DNA from: Planctomycetota bacterium
GTDB lineage: Bacteria > Planctomycetota > UBA1135 > UBA2386
Reading direction: 5' to 3'
Length of the DNA stretch: 64,000 bases
NCBI GenBank assembly: GCA_965223545.1
Contig: OZ245006.1
Coordinates: 4,256,001 to 4,320,000 of the forward strand
The position numbers were made by a program, and so were the translations under genes. This document shows positions 18,697-27,739 of this stretch, in pieces. Position 1 is the first letter of the stretch. Each line of letters begins with the position of its first letter. Under the pieces are notes generated by a model. It did not search any database and had not been told where the DNA came from. It was given only the letters and a program-made list of their open reading frames with translations.

Positions 18697-19968
18697 TCAG
18701 GGCGCCCCCGCGCCGGTGCGCGAGGCCCACGCCGCGAAGTGATGCGCCTCGGCACGGGGCTCGTGGGCGAGCATCGGCGTGTCGCGGTGGTAGTCGCGGA
18801 AAGCCCGGCTGAAGCCCTTCGGGTCGCGGTCCCACCAGCGTCGGGCGAGCATCGATCCGTGCTGCAGTCGCTCGAAGCGGAGCTTGGCGACGAGGAGGGT
18901 GGCGATCCGGAGGCCGTCCGAGTGCACGCCGGCCATCGGCGGAGGCGGCGGCGGGGCGGAGTCGGGGTCCCGCAAGGCGCCCGCCAGCCAGTGCGCGGCC
19001 TCACCGAGGGAGTCCGTGTCGACGTCGGTGCGCCACTCGCCGTCGACCAGGTGGGGCGGCGTGGTCTCGAGCGCAGCGGGTATCTCGCGGCCGCAGCGAT
19101 CCGCGATCGCCCGCACGCGGTCCAGCTCGCGGAGCAGCGGGTCGACGTCGCCTGCGGCCACCGTGCCTTCCATGCGTTCGAGGGTGATCCCGCGCAGCCG
19201 GCGGCAACGGGGTGCCCAAGTCTCGCACAGGGCCCAGACCGGTTCGGGGACCGCGGCGTCGTGGCTGTCGAGGCGCAGGGTGCGGCCGTTCGGCAACCAC
19301 GCCGGGTCGCTGCGGCGGCCACCCGAGACGTGGATCTCGATCACGGAGTCGAGATCGACGCGCTGCAGGTAGTCCTCCGCCTCGATGCCGAGGTTGATCG
19401 CCATGGTGTAGACGTTGTGCAGATCCAGGACCAAGTGCGTCCGGGGCGCGCTCAACACCGAGGCGAGAAACGCCGGCTCATGCAGCCAATCACCGGGGCT
19501 GCAGTAGTGCACGGTGGTCTCCACGCCGACGTCGGCCACGATGCGCTGCAAGGCCGCCAAGTTGTCGCGCAAGGCCCGCGCCCATGCGTCGCACATCGGC
19601 AGTGCCATCGGCAACGCGACGTTCTCGCCGGCGACGACGGAGGCGCCGAGATGGTCGGTGTACCAGGCGTAGCGGAGCATGCGATGGTCCTCCGCGATGC
19701 GCTCCAGCCACTGCTCACGCCGGACGCGATCGGCCGAATCGATCGACCCGAGGCTGAGCCCGACGCCGTGTGCGACGATGGTCTTGCCGCGCTCTGCGTG
19801 ACGCTGCACTTGGCGGTGGAAGCCGTTGGGACGCAGCCCGGCGCCGTCTGCGACCCAGAGGGTCTCCGGCGCGACTTCGAGATAGTCGGCGCGTTCCAGC
19901 GCGGGCGCCAGCAGCTGCAGGTACTGCGCGTCGGGCTGGAAGGTGATGCCGGTGGCGGCGCCGCTCAC
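18697..19968 (-). CDS. DUF692 family multinuclear non-heme iron oxidative enzyme (MNIO; MbnB/TglH/ChrH-like) with C-terminal extension
   Basis: DYLEVAPE, HGVGLSLGS, WYTDHL, VETTVHY, LVLDLHNVY, EIHVSGG, LDSH, ITLER; GTG start overlaps the upstream stop (GTGA). Confidence 0.9.
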   Translation of the reverse strand: MSGAATGITFQPDAQYLQLLAPALERADYLEVAPETLWVADGAGLRPNGFHRQVQRHAERGKTIVAHGVGLSLGSIDSADRVRREQWLERIAEDHRMLRYAWYTDHLGASVVAGENVALPMALPMCDAWARALRDNLAALQRIVADVGVETTVHYCSPGDWLHEPAFLASVLSAPRTHLVLDLHNVYTMAINLGIEAEDYLQRVDLDSVIEIHVSGGRRSDPAWLPNGRTLRLDSHDAAVPEPVWALCETWAPRCRRLRGITLERMEGTVAAGDVDPLLRELDRVRAIADRCGREIPAALETTPPHLVDGEWRTDVDTDSLGEAAHWLAGALRDPDSAPPPPPPMAGVHSDGLRIATLLVAKLRFERLQHGSMLARRWWDRDPKGFSRAFRDYHRDTPMLAHEPRAEAHHFAAWASRTGAGAP

Positions 19969-20858
19969 TCGCTGTAGAAGAAGAGGAAGCGCTGGGCGAG
20001 TTCGGGGACGTGCCCCATGCCGCAGCCGACGGCGACGTTGTCGCGCTCGCCCTCGATGCGCATGCCGCAACCGCCGCTGTGCGCCCACTTGGCGCCGGGC
20101 AGGTGCGGCTGGACGATCTCCTGCCGGCTGGCGTCCGCCAAAGCGGCCAGCAGGCGCTCGCCGTCGCCCGCGCGGCGTGGTGCGGCGGCGGCGATGCGCA
20201 CTACGGCCGCGGCCCGCACCAGCAGGCCTGGATCGGCGGTGCCCGAGTTCATCGCCCGATCGAGTGCTTCGCGCTCGTCCTCGGCCAGCGTGGCCCGCTG
20301 TCGGTCGGCGCGCTCCGCCAGCCAGCCGAGGTTCGGCGCGACGGCTCGCCGGACGGCGGCGCTGAGCCTGGCCACGCAATCCCGGTAGTAGCGCTCCTCC
20401 GCGCCGTCTCGGGGGCTCCGCATCGGTGCGCGGGGCGGGGCTTCCGCCAGCTCAGGCGCGATTGGGACGACCTCGTCTCGAGCCGGGTCCACGAGCAGCA
20501 TCAGGGGGTCGCCATCGATCTTGACGGCGAGGTGGCTGCGCAGCTCGCCCGCGGTCGCGCAGGCGGGAACGCACAGGGCCAGGTCGCGCAGGGCTTCGTC
20601 ATCGGCGTGGTTGAGCCACGCGCCGAACAGCTCTCCCCGTTGCCAGCGGGCGGATTGGTCCTCGGGAAACAGCAGCACGAGCAAGGGTTTGCCGTGAGCC
20701 CGGGCGCGGCGCGTCGCCGCGACGAGGGCGGCGGTGCGCGCCGATCCGTCCGTGCCATCGGCCGGATCCTGGGCGCCCAGCGCTGCCGCCAACCAACTCG
20801 GCAGCGCGATCGCGCCTGCGGTAGCGGTGGATCGGACAAGGAACTGGCGGCGGTTCAC
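19965..20858 (-). CDS. Tat-exported hypothetical protein with C-terminal Cys/Gly/His motif (candidate MNIO substrate)
   Basis: NRRQFL twin-arginine signal and LGA-Q cleavage site; thioredoxin-like ARAHGKPLLVLL segment; tail SGGCGMRIEGERDNVAVGCGMGHVPELAQRFLFFYSE; start GTG 20858 (or ATG 20867). Confidence 0.8.
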   Translation of the reverse strand: MNRRQFLVRSTATAGAIALPSWLAAALGAQDPADGTDGSARTAALVAATRRARAHGKPLLVLLFPEDQSARWQRGELFGAWLNHADDEALRDLALCVPACATAGELRSHLAVKIDGDPLMLLVDPARDEVVPIAPELAEAPPRAPMRSPRDGAEERYYRDCVARLSAAVRRAVAPNLGWLAERADRQRATLAEDEREALDRAMNSGTADPGLLVRAAAVVRIAAAAPRRAGDGERLLAALADASRQEIVQPHLPGAKWAHSGGCGMRIEGERDNVAVGCGMGHVPELAQRFLFFYSE

Positions 20859-20865
20859 GTCGGTC

Positions 20866-20871
20866 ATTCTA
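20866..20871 (-). promoter_or_regulatory. Putative -10 box (TAGAAT) driving the Tat protein-MNIO pair
   Basis: Near-consensus -10, 7 nt upstream of GTG 20858. Confidence 0.5.
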
Positions 20872-21166
20872 GGCGCTCTCGATGGGTCGAATCCGGGGCG
20901 GCACACCAGCTGCAACGTCAGACCAGCCGGGAAGTTCCGGAGGGTTGATCGGCCGGGGCCGTGGCCGGCTTGACGGCGGGGTCGCGCCCGGGGCCCAAGG
21001 GCAGGTCGAGTTGGCTCAGGTTCGGACTCGGCTCCAGCCGATCCACCGGTATCCGCCTTGTGATCGAAGGAGCCGGATGTCGCTGTCGGCGAGCCGGTCG
21101 AACCGTTCCCAAATGGATGACTCTCATTCCATCCGCACTGTCTCGGATTCCACAGAGGGTTGATCG

Positions 21167-22876
21167 ATGCGTCTACATGGGTTGGCCCCGTTTCTGATTC
21201 TGTTCGCCGGCTGCAGCAGCGACGGCGGTTCCGACTTGATGACCCCGACGATCGCGTCGGCGTCCTTCGTCGGTGCCGGAGCGTCTCCCGCGGCCGGGGA
21301 TGTCATCCACCTACTGATGTCGCGCGACGTCGAGTTGACGGCACAGACGCTCGATGACGACGACCTGCAGCTCTCCGACGGAAGCGTCGGGACGATCGTC
21401 GGCACCGCGCTGCAGCTCGATTCGCGGACGGTCCAAGTGCGTCTTGGCGCTGGCACGACGTTCACCCCGGGTACGACGACGGTGGTGTTCACCGGGCGCA
21501 ACGACGCCGTCGTCAGTCGCAGTGGGCTTCCGGCTCAGGGCGGCACCCCCCGCGTTGTCGAGGTCGGTGACGGTGATCGTCCCACGATCCTGGGAGTGAC
21601 ACTCAACGGCGTCTCGGACACGTTCAATGGCCGTGGTGCCGCCGGCGGCGTTCTGATGGTGCCGCGCAACGGTTTCTCGGTCGACATTCAGCACACCGAC
21701 GGGACGTCGGGTGTCGATCGAGCGCGGACGCAGATCACCACCAACACCGTCGTCGAGACCCCGCTGGGGGCGCTGCCCGCGGGCACCGACATCACGGGTT
21801 GGACCACGATGAGCACGGCGGGCAACGTCACCTCGTTCCGGATCGACCCGGAGATCGTGTTCCCCGACGGCTTCGCCTCCATCACCGGCGTGGTCGTCGA
21901 TCAGACGGGGATGAGCTCCGAGCCCCAGTCGTTCGTCTTCAAGGTCACCGACGCGACGTCCGCCCTGCGGCCGACCGAGCGGACGCAGGTGTGGTATCTC
22001 GACACGACCCGCGACCTGGAGTCCTACGACGTCGACGGCAACGGCGTCAACGTGATCGGAGGCGCCAACGGCCGTTCGGACCTGGAGGATCTCTTCGAGG
22101 TCGTCGGCCTGTATGGGGGCGGAGGTCTCAACCGGATGGTGATGTCGGGCGTGGAGAACGCGATCCTCGAACGCCTGCAGCAGTACTGCTTCGGCGTCGA
22201 CGCGGTGTTCACGTTCGATCGCCCCGGACCGCCGTTCCCGAGCGAGGAGAGCGTCGGCTACCCGACGTTCCCGTACTCGCAGATCTGCATCGCGGGGGCG
22301 GCCGACTACAAGGGCACCAGCAGCCTTCTCGGCCTGGCGATCTTCGACCCGAACAACACGACGCAGGACAACGACTGTCTGGCGGATGTTCTCGGCGAGC
22401 GGCTCGGCGTGTTCGTGCACACCCTGGTGCATGGCTACATGACCGCCGGTTCGACGACGACCTACCGGCTGACCTTCGACCCGCTCACCCCGTGGTTTGG
22501 CGGAACGCCGATCGGCAACGATTCGCTCGACATCCAGCGGATGACAGGACAGCTGAACGACGCCCGCACGGTGGTGATCGAGAACGCGATCGACCGCATG
22601 GGCTACTTCATCGCGTCCGTGGTCGCTCACGAGTGCGGCCACTCGATGGGACTGGTTCAGGATGGCGCGATGCCGGTCGGCTTGTTCGGCGGTGACGCCA
22701 CCAATTTCCCCGGCTCGACTTCGGGCCACATCGACACGAGCTTCCAGTACACGGGATTCGCGATGAACCTGATGAGTCCGTTCATCGACTTCGACGGTGC
22801 CATCGACCCGGGGTCGAGCTTCAACCACCTCAATCTCACGTACCTGCGCGAGCAGGTCCTGTACGGCAACAAGTGA
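21167..22876 (+). CDS. Lipoprotein with Ig-like domains and a C-terminal zincin-type metalloprotease domain
   Basis: Lipobox LFAGC; VAHECGHSMGL (HExxH); downstream Met-turn-like NLMSP. Confidence 0.75.
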   Translation: MRLHGLAPFLILFAGCSSDGGSDLMTPTIASASFVGAGASPAAGDVIHLLMSRDVELTAQTLDDDDLQLSDGSVGTIVGTALQLDSRTVQVRLGAGTTFTPGTTTVVFTGRNDAVVSRSGLPAQGGTPRVVEVGDGDRPTILGVTLNGVSDTFNGRGAAGGVLMVPRNGFSVDIQHTDGTSGVDRARTQITTNTVVETPLGALPAGTDITGWTTMSTAGNVTSFRIDPEIVFPDGFASITGVVVDQTGMSSEPQSFVFKVTDATSALRPTERTQVWYLDTTRDLESYDVDGNGVNVIGGANGRSDLEDLFEVVGLYGGGGLNRMVMSGVENAILERLQQYCFGVDAVFTFDRPGPPFPSEESVGYPTFPYSQICIAGAADYKGTSSLLGLAIFDPNNTTQDNDCLADVLGERLGVFVHTLVHGYMTAGSTTTYRLTFDPLTPWFGGTPIGNDSLDIQRMTGQLNDARTVVIENAIDRMGYFIASVVAHECGHSMGLVQDGAMPVGLFGGDATNFPGSTSGHIDTSFQYTGFAMNLMSPFIDFDGAIDPGSSFNHLNLTYLREQVLYGNK

Positions 22877-22886
22877 GGCGCTCGTC

Positions 22887-23855
22887 ATGAAGATCCAGAT
22901 CAGTGCTCTGAGTGTGCTGTTGGTGGCCTCGGCGGGCGCGCAACAGCTTCCGTTGGCGGTGTCCGACGCCGATCTCGTCGTCGTCGCCACCGACACTGGT
23001 GTGCGGCCGCTCGGCAAGGACTTCATCCTGCACACGCTGACGGTCGAGGCGGTGCTGAGCGGTCAGGCGCCGGAGCGGGTGACGGTGGTCGAGCACAAGC
23101 GGTTCGCTGCCGCGGTGCGGCCGACCCCGGGCCAGCGGCGCCTCTACTGCTTGCGCGGCTACGACGAGCAAGCGCGCCGGCTGTCGCTGCCGACGCGGAG
23201 GGCGCCGTACTACAAGATGGTCGCCCACGCCGGCAGCAACCCGCCCGTCGGCGAGATCGAGTCGGATCCCGCGGTGACCCTGGTGCGGGCGGTCGTTGCA
23301 GCGGAGGACGAGCTCCCCGAGAAGACGGCACAGGTGCTGCTCGGGGTGATCTTTGGCGATGCGGTCACCGTGCGCAGAGACGCCGTCGAGGCGTTGATCC
23401 GGCACCGGCGTGCGCTGGCCTCGCTGGACGAGTCCCAGCACCAGCGCCTGCTGGTCGGCATGCTGGCCGAGCGGGAGGACATTCCATTCAAGCTGGCCTT
23501 GGCGCATCTGTGCGCCGAGCTGCGGCTGGACGGCATCGTGCCGGCCATGTGCGAGGCGGTGGCGCAGACGACCGACTTGCGGGTGCCGCAGGTGGCCGGC
23601 CGCATCGCGCGCGCCCTGCATGGCGAGCAGGCTCACGAAGAGCTGCTCGGAGCGTTGCGCGCGGCGCGGCGCCCCGCACTGCGGGCACGCATGCTGATCG
23701 CGGTCGGCGCGACGTCCACCGTGGGCGCCCTCGATTACCTCTTGGCGCAGCGAGACCGCGCGGGCGAGGGCCGTGCCGACATCGACGCGGCGCTGCGCTT
23801 GCACGGATCGCGACGGGCCAAGGCCATTCTGCGAGGAAACGGAAACCAGCGATGA
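22887..23855 (+). CDS. Secreted HEAT-like repeat protein
   Basis: Signal peptide AGA-Q; helical repeats such as VRRDAVEAL; GAGG upstream of ATG 22887. Confidence 0.65.
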   Translation: MKIQISALSVLLVASAGAQQLPLAVSDADLVVVATDTGVRPLGKDFILHTLTVEAVLSGQAPERVTVVEHKRFAAAVRPTPGQRRLYCLRGYDEQARRLSLPTRRAPYYKMVAHAGSNPPVGEIESDPAVTLVRAVVAAEDELPEKTAQVLLGVIFGDAVTVRRDAVEALIRHRRALASLDESQHQRLLVGMLAEREDIPFKLALAHLCAELRLDGIVPAMCEAVAQTTDLRVPQVAGRIARALHGEQAHEELLGALRAARRPALRARMLIAVGATSTVGALDYLLAQRDRAGEGRADIDAALRLHGSRRAKAILRGNGNQR

Positions 23856-24460
23856 CAGCCTTCGAGAAGATCGCCCGCAGCTCAGCGGTGGGCCTCGTCG
23901 CCTTGCTCGCAGGGTGCGAGTCGATGCAGGGAGTGCGAGTTGCCGGCAGTGTCGTCGGCGGCCCGATCACCAGCTACGACGTCAATACCAATGACAGCGA
24001 CGGCGAGGCGCTCGGTGGTCGCCTGCAGATCAGCCAGACGGTGCGCGACCTGCCCGAGATCGAGATGGGCATCCGCGTCGACGGCATGGTCAAGGAGGCC
24101 GACGACAGCAGCGGTGGGTTGACCACCGACATGGAAGGTGCCGAGCTCAACGTGGCGCCGACTCTGCGGTGGAGGCCGTTTGCCGAGGGTGGCGCGGTGC
24201 AGCCGTTCGTCGAGGGCTTCGTCGGCTACAACCACAGCTGGTTCGACATCACGCGTACCAGCGGATCGTTGTCGATCGCCGACGACGGCAGCGCTGGCGG
24301 CCTGGTCTACGGCGTCGGCGGCGGGCTCGAGTTCGGCTCAGCCGGCAGCGCATTCCAGGTCGGCATCGAGTTCTTGCGCATCGACTCAGAGTTGAACGGC
24401 AGCACGGACGTCGACGAGACCCGATTTCAAGGCTTCGCCGGCCTGATCTTCTCATTCTGA
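23852..24460 (+). CDS. Outer-membrane beta-barrel protein (small, OmpA/OmpW-type barrel) with possible lipobox
   Basis: ATGA coupling with the upstream gene; LLAGC; amphipathic strands (VQPFVEGFVGY, YGVGGGLEF); C-terminal GLIFSF with terminal Phe. Confidence 0.8.
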   Translation: MTAFEKIARSSAVGLVALLAGCESMQGVRVAGSVVGGPITSYDVNTNDSDGEALGGRLQISQTVRDLPEIEMGIRVDGMVKEADDSSGGLTTDMEGAELNVAPTLRWRPFAEGGAVQPFVEGFVGYNHSWFDITRTSGSLSIADDGSAGGLVYGVGGGLEFGSAGSAFQVGIEFLRIDSELNGSTDVDETRFQGFAGLIFSF

Positions 24461-26212
24461 CGCGTTCTCCAGGCCGGAGAGCGCGTAGACCCGCGTCAGG
24501 TCGACCTGCGGCAGCGCGGCAACCAGCCGGCGGAAGGCGTTGACCGCGCGCAGGCTGGCCGGATCGGTTGGCAGCGCGGCGAACGCACCGCGCGAGGCCA
24601 CCAGGACCACCTTGCGCCGGGCGCGCGACAGCGCGACGTTGAGCCGATTGACCGAGAAGAAGAAGGCGGCGCGGTGATCCAGGCTGTCGGCGTCGCCCAC
24701 AGCCATCGAGATCAGGACGACGTCGCGCTCCTGGCCCTGGATCCGCTCGACGGTGTCGACGGTCAGTGCCGCGACGTCCGGCAGTGCCTTCTTTTCGATG
24801 GCGGTGCGAATCAGGCGGACCTGCGCGCGGAACGGTGCGACGACGGCGATCTCGCCGGGCCCGAAGCCGTGGTGCCGCACCAGCTCGTCGATCAGATCGG
24901 CGATGAGGTTGGCTTCCTCCGGTGATCGCTTGCCCGGTTGCAGGTGGTCGATCCGCGCCAAGACCGCGCCCCGGTCCGGCCGGAGCACGTCGTCGAAGGT
25001 ACCGCCGGGGCGCACGGGAAGCCGTCGATCGGCGGCGCTGTCGGCAGAGGTCAGCGCGTCCCCGTAGAACGCGCGGCTGACGACGTCACAGATGTCGCGG
25101 TTCATCCGGTAGGTGACGTCGAGAAGGTGCGGTGGATAGTGGTCGGCAAAGTGCGCGAAGATCGAGCGCGTGACTTCGCCGTCCGTGTGGTGGGCCTTGA
25201 CCACCGGAGGCAGCTGGCAGTGGTCGCCAAGCAGGATCCACCGTTGTGAGAGCAGCATGCCGGCGATCGCATGCGGAATCGGCAGCTGGGCGGCTTCGTC
25301 GAAGAACGTGTAGTGGAACGTGCGCTGGCTCGGCAGCTTCGCCAGCGCGAAGCACGTGCCGGCGATGACCGCGGAGGTCGTCGGCAGGCGATGGCCATGG
25401 CGGGGATTGACCAGGCGAATGCCGGCGCGAAGCAGCTCGCGGTCCGTGCCGCGGGGGTAACCGAGCTTGATGAGCTGGAGATCGGGGTCGATGCGGCGCA
25501 GGGCGAGCAGAGCGTTGTCGACCGCCCGGTGGGTGAACGCACTGAGCGCGATGCGGCAGCCGCGGGCGCACAGGGCGGCGACGACCTCGGCGAGGAGGCG
25601 GGTCTTGCCGGTCCCCGGTGGTCCCTGCACCAACGTCAGCTGGTCGCAGGCGATCGCCTCGGCACCGGCGACCACCTGCGAGGGGTTGAGGCCCTGCCCG
25701 GTCAGCAGCGCGGTGGCGCGGTCGTAGCGACCCGTGTCCTTGGTCAGAGAGAGCTCGCCCCGCAGCGCGGCCGAGACGTCGGTGTCGGCGAAGCCGGCAC
25801 GCACGACGTCGTGCAGCCTACCGCGCGCACCCACTGTCCGCCGGTCGATGCAGTAGATGTGGTTGGCCCGCAACCGGAGATCGCTGGCGCGGGCAAAGCG
25901 GTCGCGCTGCAGTCGCAGCCGCCTGTTCTGCGGCTCGTAACCCCCGTAGATCATCGACAGGCCGGTGCCGAGGTCGAGGCCGTCGCTGACCGTCAGCCGG
26001 TCGCCAGCACGGAACTTGCTGACGTTCTCGTCGACCTCGAACTCGAGCACGTCGTTGCCCTGCGCGCGCAACAGGACAGCATCCTTGATGCACTCACCCT
26101 CGAGAACTCGATCGTCGATCGAAAGCGCGCGCAGATCCTCGTTGCTGCGCAGCTCGTCGTCTTCTTCTCGATCGAGAAAGCGGATCAGCCGTTGCTCGAG
26201 CGAGACATCCAT
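24452..26212 (-). CDS. Superfamily 1 (Upf1/Dna2-like) helicase
   Basis: QGPPGTGKT, FTHRAVDN, FFDEAAQ, GDHCQLPP, YRM, APFRAQ, TVERIQGQERD, NRLNVALSRAR. Confidence 0.92.
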   Translation of the reverse strand: MDVSLEQRLIRFLDREEDDELRSNEDLRALSIDDRVLEGECIKDAVLLRAQGNDVLEFEVDENVSKFRAGDRLTVSDGLDLGTGLSMIYGGYEPQNRRLRLQRDRFARASDLRLRANHIYCIDRRTVGARGRLHDVVRAGFADTDVSAALRGELSLTKDTGRYDRATALLTGQGLNPSQVVAGAEAIACDQLTLVQGPPGTGKTRLLAEVVAALCARGCRIALSAFTHRAVDNALLALRRIDPDLQLIKLGYPRGTDRELLRAGIRLVNPRHGHRLPTTSAVIAGTCFALAKLPSQRTFHYTFFDEAAQLPIPHAIAGMLLSQRWILLGDHCQLPPVVKAHHTDGEVTRSIFAHFADHYPPHLLDVTYRMNRDICDVVSRAFYGDALTSADSAADRRLPVRPGGTFDDVLRPDRGAVLARIDHLQPGKRSPEEANLIADLIDELVRHHGFGPGEIAVVAPFRAQVRLIRTAIEKKALPDVAALTVDTVERIQGQERDVVLISMAVGDADSLDHRAAFFFSVNRLNVALSRARRKVVLVASRGAFAALPTDPASLRAVNAFRRLVAALPQVDLTRVYALSGLENASE

Positions 26213-26270
26213 CGACGCGACCCAGCAGACAACACCGGCGCCGCTCCCGCGAGCAGAAGTGCGTTCGCGG

Positions 26271-26323
26271 CCCCGAAATTTCCTGCGGTGTGTACTCCGT
26301 ACACACCGCAGGAAATTTCGGGG
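26271..26323. repeat. Perfect 25-bp inverted repeat with a 3-nt loop
   Basis: CCCCGAAATTTCCTGCGGTGTGTAC-TCC-GTACACACCGCAGGAAATTTCGGGG, read directly from the sequence. Confidence 0.95.
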
Positions 26324-26335
26324 GATTGAGCTCAC

Positions 26336-27739
26336 TCAGCCACGCTGTGGGACGGCGTCGGCGAGGAGGGCGACGAGGGCGCAGAGGTCGTCGAGGTCGC
26401 TTTCGCCCTTGCGCGCCAGGTGCAGTGCTGCGTCGCCCCGATCGACCCACAGGCCGACGGCGGCGGCATCGCCTGCGCGGTGTGGATCGCGCTCCAGCAG
26501 GGCGCGGACGTGGTCGTCGAGGCCAAACACGGGGGTGGGGCAGCTGGCGATGCCGCGCAGCCGCGGGCGCAGATCGACCAGCCGGCGTTCGATTGCTCGA
26601 CCCTCGCGTTGCCGCCAAGAGATCTCTTCGATCCATCGGCGGGCGGAGGATCCGTAGTGCCACAGGGGCGTGCGGGCGGGCAGCTGCTCGAGCAGCCGAT
26701 GGAGACTGGCGAGCTCGTCGGCGCGCTGCGCGGGCCGCGCCGAGAGCAACGTGCCCGTCGGCGTCGCCGGATGGCGGAGGCCGATCCAGTGCACCCGGTC
26801 GGCGAACGGGTCGCCCAGGAGGTGCAGCACGGCGATGTCTTCGGGTCGCACCTGGGTGGCGCTGGGCTCGAGCGTCGGGCGTCCCGCCGCGCGCGCGGTG
26901 GCGGCTCCCCGCAGGCGGCGGAGCGCAGCGCTCTCGATGTGCGTGCGGCGCGATACGGATTCGACCGAGCGCAGCCCGTGCAGGCTCTCGCAGGTGCGCA
27001 GGCCGGCGGTCTCGAGCGTGGTGCGCAGGCCGCGCGTCATTCCCTGCAGCAGCGACAGATCGTCGGCCGCCTGCAGTGCGGGCACGCAGACGTCCGACCA
27101 TCGACAAGAACGGCAGGCCGGGCCGTAGAACGGGCGCGTGCGCGAAGGCTCGAGACGGCTGGCCTGGATCTGTTTCAGCAGGTCGTCGAGCACGGTGTCG
27201 TAGTCGCTGCATGCAAACCGCTCTTCGTTGCCGTTGCGCAGCACGAGGTAGCCGTACGCCGGCGCGCGGCCTTGCACCACGGCCAACAATCGGCTGTAGA
27301 ACATCACCTGCAGCACCTGATCGCCGCGCGCTCTGCGCGACGATTTGATGTCGCCGACCACGTAGTGGTGCGGCCCCAGCATCGACTCGCCGGCTTCGAT
27401 GCGGAGCAGGTCGGCGATGCCGAGGGCGTTCTCGCCGAGCAGCACCGCCTGCAGCAGCCCCGGTGCGCCGGCGCGCATCAGCTCGAGCGTCGCGGCCGCG
27501 CCGGCCTCGAAGTCGCGGTCCGGATAGCGGGGCTCGGTGTAGCCGAGGTCCGCGGTGAGGACTTCTTCGAGCTCCCGGCCGCGGCGCAAGACGAACTCCT
27601 CGATCTCGGTCGGCGGCCGCCGGCGCGCGCGATCTTCGTGGAAGTCGAGCGTCACCGCATGCGGACACTTCGAGTAGGAATAGACGTGGGTGCCGGTGAC
27701 GCGTCCGGGTTCGGGCGAATCGGCCGCGCTGCGGCTCAT
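26336..27739 (-). CDS. TM0106 family RecB-like nuclease (Cas4/AddB-type Fe-S ligands) with HhH and degenerate RNase H-like domain
   Basis: N-terminal KCPH plus ACRSCRWSDVC; GIADLL...YVVGDIKSS...QVMFY RecB motifs; DDLSLLQGM HhH; ATG overlaps the upstream stop. Confidence 0.85.
   Translation of the reverse strand: MSRSAADSPEPGRVTGTHVYSYSKCPHAVTLDFHEDRARRRPPTEIEEFVLRRGRELEEVLTADLGYTEPRYPDRDFEAGAAATLELMRAGAPGLLQAVLLGENALGIADLLRIEAGESMLGPHHYVVGDIKSSRRARGDQVLQVMFYSRLLAVVQGRAPAYGYLVLRNGNEERFACSDYDTVLDDLLKQIQASRLEPSRTRPFYGPACRSCRWSDVCVPALQAADDLSLLQGMTRGLRTTLETAGLRTCESLHGLRSVESVSRRTHIESAALRRLRGAATARAAGRPTLEPSATQVRPEDIAVLHLLGDPFADRVHWIGLRHPATPTGTLLSARPAQRADELASLHRLLEQLPARTPLWHYGSSARRWIEEISWRQREGRAIERRLVDLRPRLRGIASCPTPVFGLDDHVRALLERDPHRAGDAAAVGLWVDRGDAALHLARKGESDLDDLCALVALLADAVPQRG

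Noticed and set aside
20918..21127. 69-aa minus-strand ORF upstream of the Tat gene as a RiPP precursor
   Set aside because: No Cys, no recognisable leader or core, weak RBS; lies in a divergent promoter region
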